From positions 76,969-140,968 of the forward strand of contig JAZJZE010000004.1 in the NCBI GenBank assembly GCA_040390065.1: 64,000 nucleotides of DNA, in the 5' to 3' direction. The position numbers and the translations under genes were made by a program. This DNA is from a bacterium (lineage in GTDB: Archaea > Thermoplasmatota > E2 > JACPAO01 > JAHFTW01). Below the pieces are notes generated by a model that saw nothing but the letters and a program-made list of their open reading frames with translations, made no database searches and was not told the DNA's origin. Below, in pieces: positions 58,024-64,000 of this stretch (within the stretch, counting starts at the first letter, position 1; each line of letters starts with the position of its first letter).

Positions 58024-58956
58024 CTATCCGGACGGCTTCAGGACCGTGTAGTTGCCCACATCGATGGTCGGCGGGCCAAGGAACGTGCTCTGCACGATCT
58101 TGGCCTTGAAGCCGAGAACGACGCCGGCGCCCCACAATCCGGTTGCACCGTGGATGGTCGTGTAGGTCGAACTGCGCGGGAAGATGAGTGTGGTGAACTT
58201 GCCGGCCGGCTTCCACTTCGCCGTGGCGCCGTTGTCGGACTCGCCCGGGCGCGTGTCCGCCTTGTTGGCCTGCATCTGCACGCGGGCGTAGGTGCCGTCG
58301 ATGCACGTGTAGTCTGCGTACTCGCTCGTGACGGAGTCGGTACTGTCGACCGTGCCGACGACGAGGGAGTAGCTGCCTTTCAGGTTCGCCAAGGCCTCCG
58401 TGACCATGTAGGTCGTGAGGTTGGCGTCCGCCGGGGCGAAGGTCGTGTCGAACGAGGCGCGGGCCGAGTCGCCGCTCTGGTCCATCATGCAGCTGACGCC
58501 CTCGGTCTTGCCGGAGTTGGCGATGATGACGGCCTCTTCGGAGCAGTCGATGAAGATGGAGAACTGCGTCGTGATCACGAAGCCGTCCTGGCTGAACGTG
58601 CGACGCGCCTCGACTTCCACTTCCGTGTACTTGCCAGCCGCCACGTCGACGTTCTTGGGCGCCGCCTCGTGGTCCTTGGAGTTGACGAGAAGAACGTAGG
58701 CGCCGGGGTCAAGGGGACCGAAACTGAAACGGCCGCCGTCGTCGGATTTCGCCGTGAGGCCGAGCGGGGTCAGAAGGACCGTTGCATCGGGAACGACGCG
58801 GTACCGGTCGTCGAGGACGAGGCCCGTGATGGCTCCCTTGTCGGCATTGACTGCGGGCAAGGTCTGGGTCTCCACGACCGTCGTCGCCTTGCCGCCGCAT
58901 CCGGCGAGGGCGGTGACGCTGAGGACGGCAAGCACGAACAGGAGGCGCAACTGCAC
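58024..58956 (-). CDS. Array lipoprotein 2
   Basis: LAGC and the same conserved motifs; start reassigned to GTG 58956. Confidence 0.85.
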   Translation of the reverse strand: MQLRLLFVLAVLSVTALAGCGGKATTVVETQTLPAVNADKGAITGLVLDDRYRVVPDATVLLTPLGLTAKSDDGGRFSFGPLDPGAYVLLVNSKDHEAAPKNVDVAAGKYTEVEVEARRTFSQDGFVITTQFSIFIDCSEEAVIIANSGKTEGVSCMMDQSGDSARASFDTTFAPADANLTTYMVTEALANLKGSYSLVVGTVDSTDSVTSEYADYTCIDGTYARVQMQANKADTRPGESDNGATAKWKPAGKFTTLIFPRSSTYTTIHGATGLWGAGVVLGFKAKIVQSTFLGPPTIDVGNYTVLKPSG

Positions 58957-59048
58957 AAGATGGAGGTCATCCTGGACGCATTTAGACCTTGTTGAGCGGG
59001 CCTTGAAACGACGCTGCCGCTGCCTGCCCATCACTGGAGGCAAACCCG

Positions 59049-59981
59049 CTAGGCGGCCGGCTTCAAGACGCCGTACGTGGCGATGGGCGTCTGCGGCGCG
59101 CCGATGAACAGGCTCTGCACGAACTTCGCCTTGATGCCCAGGTGGACGCCGACGCCGCAGCACACCGGCACACCGGCGCCCTGCAACTCCTCACGTCCCT
59201 GCGAATCCGAGAACAGGATGGTGTGCATCTGCTTGCACTTGTTGTCCCACTTCACCGTCGGGCCGTACTCGGGCGGCACCGGCGAGTCCGTTGTGGCGTT
59301 CTTGTATGACATGGTCATCTTCGAGTACACGCCGTCGATGCGCGACACGGCGTAGTAGGCGCCTGTGTTCTCGCAGCGCACTTGCACCTCATACCGGTCG
59401 TGGTGGTTGGCCAACATCTCGGCGACGAGGTAGGTGACGTTCTTGCCGTGACCTGTGTAATCGGAGTAGAACCCGGGCCGGTCCGAGTCATGCGACTGGT
59501 CGGCCGTGCAGTCGTAGACGAAGCCGTTGGCGATGTAATCGACGGCGCAGGAGATGAAGACCGAATACTCCGTCGTGACGAGGTACGAGCCCTCGGAGAA
59601 GGTCCGCCGCGCCTCGAGTTCGACTTCGCTGTACACGCCAGGTCCGACGTCCACGTTCTTGGGTGCGGCCTCGTGGTCCTTGGCATTGACGAGAAGGACG
59701 TAGGCACCGGGGGAAAGGTCGCGGAAACTGAACTGACCCTCGGAGTCGCTGGTGGCCGTGTAGCCAAGAGGCGTCAGAAGGACCGTGGCGTCCGGAACGG
59801 GGCGGTAGCGGTCGTCGATGACCAAGCCAGAGATCGCGCCCTTGCCGTTGGCCAGCGGTTCGTCGGTCAAGACGCGCGGCGTGTTGCCGGCCTTGCCGCC
59901 GCACCCGGCAAGCATCACCAAGGACAGCGCCGCGACGGCTGCGACCGTAAGACCGGTCCGTCGTGCCCCACCCGTTCGCAC
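59049..59981 (-). CDS. Array lipoprotein 1
   Basis: LAGC and the same conserved motifs; start reassigned to GTG 59981. Confidence 0.85.
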   Translation of the reverse strand: MRTGGARRTGLTVAAVAALSLVMLAGCGGKAGNTPRVLTDEPLANGKGAISGLVIDDRYRPVPDATVLLTPLGYTATSDSEGQFSFRDLSPGAYVLLVNAKDHEAAPKNVDVGPGVYSEVELEARRTFSEGSYLVTTEYSVFISCAVDYIANGFVYDCTADQSHDSDRPGFYSDYTGHGKNVTYLVAEMLANHHDRYEVQVRCENTGAYYAVSRIDGVYSKMTMSYKNATTDSPVPPEYGPTVKWDNKCKQMHTILFSDSQGREELQGAGVPVCCGVGVHLGIKAKFVQSLFIGAPQTPIATYGVLKPAA

Positions 59982-59991
59982 GGGTGTCGCC

Positions 59992-61368
59992 TCACACCCG
60001 GCGACGGATGACGATGGCGCCGCCGACCAACACGACGATGACCAGCAGGCCAGCGCCCGGAGAGGACTTGCCGCCCTCTTCCGTGATGGTGTTGACGACG
60101 ACGCGGCCGCCTTCGTCGACGCCGTACGCGGAGCGCGCATCGACGTGGAAGGAGGCGTCGCCGCTTGCAGTCGCCGTGTGGTTGCGGTTCTGCACCGTGA
60201 CGTGGATCTTGTAGTCGCCTTCCTTGGCGCCGCCGCCTTCGACGGTGGCGTCGTCGGCGCGGAAGCGCCAGAGGTACGTGACCTCGGCGGGCTTGTCGTG
60301 CAGGTTGTGCACGTGCGAGTTCTGCGCGACAACGACGGGGAGTTCACGCGGCGTCGAGGGGCCGGTGACTTCGACCGTCATGTTCTGGACGTCGATGTCG
60401 TAGGTGCCCCACGGCGAGTTCTCGGCCGTGTGGATCAGGAGGATGCCGGCTGCGACTTCCGGGTGGATGAACTCCATGTACACCGGGTTGTTGATCGCCA
60501 TGACGATGCGCGGGTGGTAGACGTTCGTCGAGACCAGGCGCATGTAGCCCTCGGAGAACTGGTCCGGGTGCGTGCCGTCGGGGTCCTGGTACCAGTCGAG
60601 GTGGACGTTGTACGCGTCGGCCTTGGTGATGAGCGGCTTGCTCGGGTCCTTCACGAAGTTGAGCTTGATCTTGTACTCGATGATGCCCGTCGGGCTCCAC
60701 AGGACCTTGCAGGTTCCGGACGGTTCGTCAGGGTTGTTGCAGTTCGGGTCCTGGACCGATTCGCCAAACGGCGGCGCCGACTTCTCGCTCCATAGGTACG
60801 CCGTGTAGATGCCCTGCATGATGGTCGGGTTGGCGTCGAGGTTGCTGTCGGGGCCGATGACGTTGCCGTCGCGGACGTACAGGCGGACCGTGAACTTGGG
60901 CAGGAGGTTCGGGTCGGAGTTGGTGCCGAGGAAGTCGCGGACATCGACGTAGATGTACGCGTACGGCGTTACCTTGGGGTCGATGACGACGTCGCGGGCA
61001 ATGCCGCGTTCCGGGTGGAAGCGGGGCTGGCCGTTCTCGATGAAGTTGTATTCCACGGGGCCGGAGGTGGCAAAGCCGTAGATCGTGTTGAAGTCGTAGT
61101 TGGCCTGGCCCGACTGGCCCTTGTCGTCGATGGTCGGGAAGTTCGTGCCGCCGACCTTGAAGAAGCCGTCGGGCTGCGGGACCTGCGTGTTGATGGGGAA
61201 GGCGTTGAACGTGTCGAAGATGTGGAAGTACAGCGTCGTCGGCGTGGACTTGTTGGGGCACATCGACGGTTGTTCGCACGTTGGCGGCACCTGGGCGTTC
61301 GTGGCTGGAAGCGAGGCGAAGATGAAAACGCCAAGCGCCAGAAGGCAAATCATGCTCTTGCCGCGCAT
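59992..61368 (-). CDS. Secreted surface protein with PGF-CTERM-like tail, heading the array
   Basis: Signal peptide; KSSPGAG + hydrophobic + RRRV. Confidence 0.75.
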   Translation of the reverse strand: MRGKSMICLLALGVFIFASLPATNAQVPPTCEQPSMCPNKSTPTTLYFHIFDTFNAFPINTQVPQPDGFFKVGGTNFPTIDDKGQSGQANYDFNTIYGFATSGPVEYNFIENGQPRFHPERGIARDVVIDPKVTPYAYIYVDVRDFLGTNSDPNLLPKFTVRLYVRDGNVIGPDSNLDANPTIMQGIYTAYLWSEKSAPPFGESVQDPNCNNPDEPSGTCKVLWSPTGIIEYKIKLNFVKDPSKPLITKADAYNVHLDWYQDPDGTHPDQFSEGYMRLVSTNVYHPRIVMAINNPVYMEFIHPEVAAGILLIHTAENSPWGTYDIDVQNMTVEVTGPSTPRELPVVVAQNSHVHNLHDKPAEVTYLWRFRADDATVEGGGAKEGDYKIHVTVQNRNHTATASGDASFHVDARSAYGVDEGGRVVVNTITEEGGKSSPGAGLLVIVVLVGGAIVIRRRV

Positions 61369-61481
61369 GCATCGGACTTCGGCGGGACGCATTTAACTCC
61401 TGCGGTCGTCCGACTGAACAATGCCAACGGGAGGCGCCGCGCGACGGATCCACTACAAGGCGCCGTCGTTCGGGGCAGCGC

Positions 61482-63707
61482 CTAGCCCGACCAGCCGCCG
61501 CTTGCCGCCGCGGGCCCGGCATCGACCACGACGGGCGCCGCAGGGGCCGGCGGTGTCCAGTCCAAATGCTCGGCCACGATCTCCGCTAAATCCCGAGCCG
61601 TCATCTTGCCCTCCTGCCCCATGAGGTTGAGGCCGTCGGTCATCATGGTGAGGCAGAACGGGCACGCGGTTGCGACCGTGTCGGCGCCCGTGTCGGCCGC
61701 TTGCTTGGCGCGGATGACGTTGATGCGCTCTTTCTCGTCCTTGACTTCGTACCACATGTTGGCCCCACCCGCGCCGCAACACAGGCCTTGCTTGCGGTTC
61801 TGCGCCATCTCGAGGACGGGCAGACCGTTGTTGGCCTTCGCAAGCACGTTGCGCGGCGTCTCGCCGATGCCGTTGTGACGCATGAGGTAGCAGGAGTCGT
61901 GGTAGGTGATCTTGAGGTCGGCGCCGGGCTTGAGCTTGAGGCGGCCGTCGGCCAGCAGCTTCTCCACGAGTTCACTGTGGTGCACGACCTCGAGTTTGGC
62001 GCCGAACTGCGCGTACTCGTTGCGTAGCGTGTTGAAGCAGTGCGGGCACTGCGCAATGACTTTCGTGACCGCGTGCCCGGACAGCACGGCCATGTTCTCC
62101 ATCATCGATTGTTGGAAGCGGCCTTCCTCGCCCAGCCGGCGTGCGGGGTCGCCGTTGCAGCGTTCCTCGTTGCCGAGGATGGCAAAATCGACGCCGGCCG
62201 CGTTGAGGATGGTGGCGATTGCCCGTGTGACTTGCTGGTTTCGAGGGTCGTACGAGCCGGAGCAGCCGATCCACCACAGGTACTCGGCCTTCTCGCCCCG
62301 CGCGGCCTTCTCCGCCATCGTGGGCACGACGATTCCCGGCGGCAGCCCCGACGTCCAATTGGCACGGTCGGAGGCCGGGAAACCGTAGGGATTGCCGGCA
62401 TTCGTGATGTTGACCAGGAGGCGCTGCTGGTTTTCGTCGAGCTTCGACTCCATGACGAGGCCGCGGCGCATCTCCATGATCATGTCGACGTGCTCGATGT
62501 CGACGGGGCAGGCCGTGACGCAGGCGCGGCACGTCGTGCAGCTCCACAACGTGGCTTCCGAGATGGCGGCTTGCACGGCTCCGCCAGCGGCGTACGTGAG
62601 CGTCGAGGGGTGGTGCGCGGCGCCGGATTTCTTGCCGTCGCGGTAGTCGTTCCACATCTCGGCCTTGAGGTCCTGGATGAGTTTGCGCGGCGACAGGGGC
62701 CGACCCGCCGCCGTCGCGGGGCACTGGTCCTCGCAGCGACCGCAGTTCGTGCACGCGTCGAGGCTGAGGCGGTCCTTCCAGGTGAAGTCGCGGATCGTCC
62801 GGTATCCCACGGGCGGGATGTCGGTGCTTCCCGATTCGATGACCTTCTGCAGCGAGAAGGGCGCAGGCAGCTCGGGGCGGCTCTGCCGCGTCGGGTCATG
62901 GAAGTACAGGTTGAGGGAACTCGTGACGATGTGCTTGAACTTCGTCCAGGGCAAGACGGCGAGGACCGAGGACCAAAGGAAGAAGTGCAGCCACCAGAAG
63001 TACGGATAGGCGGCCAGGATCTGGTCCTGGCGCAGCCCTCCGAGGGCCCCCGACAGCGTGTTGCCCACGAAGGACCATGTCGCGTAGTTGATGCCATCGT
63101 GCAGGACCTGGTAGCGCAGCCGCATCGCCTCGAGGATGAAGCCGGTGACGCCGATGGCGAGCAGGAACACGAGGGCGTACGCGTCGGCCTCGATGCCCAT
63201 CATCCAGCGCGGCGCCTCGGGCGTGGCCGTGCGGTGCAACTGCTTGGGCTTCTCGACGTAGCGCCGCCACAGGGCGTAGCCGGTGCCGACGATGAGGACG
63301 ACGCCGAACAGGTCGAGCACGGCCTCGAAGGCGAGGTACTGGTTGCCGAACAGCAGCTTGCTGCCGAAGAGGTGCTCGAAGATGTCGTAGTCGATGGCGA
63401 CGATGGTCGTGCCGATGAACAACGCAACAAACGCGTAGAAGATCCAGGCGTGCATCGTGCCCGGCCGCTTGTCCTGCATGAATTTGCGGTGCGTCGCCAC
63501 GCCGACCACGAGCCGCGACAGCCCGCGTCGCCAGTCACCCGGTTTCCACGGCTTGCCAAGCCGCCACACCTTGACCATCTCGTAGAAGCCGTACGCGAAG
63601 ATGGCCAACGACAGCGCCGTCAGCACGTACATCCAGATGGGGGTCCCGCCCGGCATGAGGTCGAGGTTGGCCCGGCATGGGAGGTCCGGCTTGGGGACGC
63701 AGTCCAC
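61482..63707 (-). CDS. Membrane-bound Fe-S oxidoreductase (FadF/HdrE-HdrD-like)
   Basis: TM cytochrome-b-like N-terminus, CTNCGRCEDQCP and CTTCRACVTACP, two CCG domains. Confidence 0.9.
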   Translation of the reverse strand: MDCVPKPDLPCRANLDLMPGGTPIWMYVLTALSLAIFAYGFYEMVKVWRLGKPWKPGDWRRGLSRLVVGVATHRKFMQDKRPGTMHAWIFYAFVALFIGTTIVAIDYDIFEHLFGSKLLFGNQYLAFEAVLDLFGVVLIVGTGYALWRRYVEKPKQLHRTATPEAPRWMMGIEADAYALVFLLAIGVTGFILEAMRLRYQVLHDGINYATWSFVGNTLSGALGGLRQDQILAAYPYFWWLHFFLWSSVLAVLPWTKFKHIVTSSLNLYFHDPTRQSRPELPAPFSLQKVIESGSTDIPPVGYRTIRDFTWKDRLSLDACTNCGRCEDQCPATAAGRPLSPRKLIQDLKAEMWNDYRDGKKSGAAHHPSTLTYAAGGAVQAAISEATLWSCTTCRACVTACPVDIEHVDMIMEMRRGLVMESKLDENQQRLLVNITNAGNPYGFPASDRANWTSGLPPGIVVPTMAEKAARGEKAEYLWWIGCSGSYDPRNQQVTRAIATILNAAGVDFAILGNEERCNGDPARRLGEEGRFQQSMMENMAVLSGHAVTKVIAQCPHCFNTLRNEYAQFGAKLEVVHHSELVEKLLADGRLKLKPGADLKITYHDSCYLMRHNGIGETPRNVLAKANNGLPVLEMAQNRKQGLCCGAGGANMWYEVKDEKERINVIRAKQAADTGADTVATACPFCLTMMTDGLNLMGQEGKMTARDLAEIVAEHLDWTPPAPAAPVVVDAGPAAASGGWSG

Positions 63708-63846
63708 GCAGTCGCGAGCGGTGGCTTTGCCTTAGGCGTGCCGATGGCGGAACGGGGTTTTCGCGGCCGCGGCCGCTCCGCCCCCGCATCCGCAGATTTC
63801 ACGGAGGATCCATACCATCACTCGGGAGTGAAATCCATTTCCTCAC

Positions 63847-63939
63847 GCACTCCGACTGGGAGCAGATTCCGCTGATTGTGTTGTGCCCCCTTGGTCAATC
63901 TGTGGGGCTCCCGATGGATGACGAACTGGAAGGCATCTG
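63847..63939 (+). repeat. 93-bp non-coding element, copy B
   Basis: Inverted copy of 51742-51834 (51 bp exact plus 42 bp ungapped with about 13 mismatches). Confidence 0.85.
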
Positions 63940-64000
63940 CGAAATGCCTAGAGGTCATTGCATAACTTCCAGGGTGCCTGCGTCGTTTTCCGGCCTTCGC

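Noticed and set aside
50715-59981. Diversity-generating retroelement behind the variable lipoproteins
   Set aside because: No reverse transcriptase in the window and no TR/VR pair with adenine-specific mismatches seen.
4530-63875. Many long opposite-strand ORFs (e.g. 4530-5867, 12685-14721, 22154-24859, 62040-63875)
   Set aside because: Shadow ORFs expected at high GC, overlapping genes with clear motifs.
1-64000. CRISPR array or cas genes
   Set aside because: No regularly spaced repeat-spacer series and no cas motifs seen.

Overview
High-GC archaeal DNA, most consistent with Thermoplasmatota (inferred from Dph6, an AbrB-PhoU regulator, Zn-ribbon KptA, half-size heme A synthase, PGF-CTERM-like tails and CCA-less tRNAs). 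Bases 1-15.5 kb are housekeeping: dus, nadE, a CN-hydrolase, dph6, ctaB/ctaA and a pst/phoU cluster. tRNA-Lys(CTT) at 28149-28224 is a mobile-element hotspot. Upstream lies a 12.6-kb cargo transposon (15519-28095) with 15-bp imperfect terminal inverted repeats, an exact 9-bp target duplication and an internal SWIM-DDE transposase. Downstream lies a 12.5-kb integrated island (attL 28209, attR 40750) with one tyrosine and two serine recombinases and three serial attR-like sites that split it into cassette-like segments. The right third holds BNR-repeat surface proteins, secreted-protein/lipoprotein pairs that look like toxin-immunity modules, tRNA-Cys abutting kptA, and a tandem array of nine paralogous lipoproteins with a constant N-domain and a variable C-domain. 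A 93-bp non-coding element occurs twice in inverted orientation. All calls are from reading the sequence by eye; no database searches were run.
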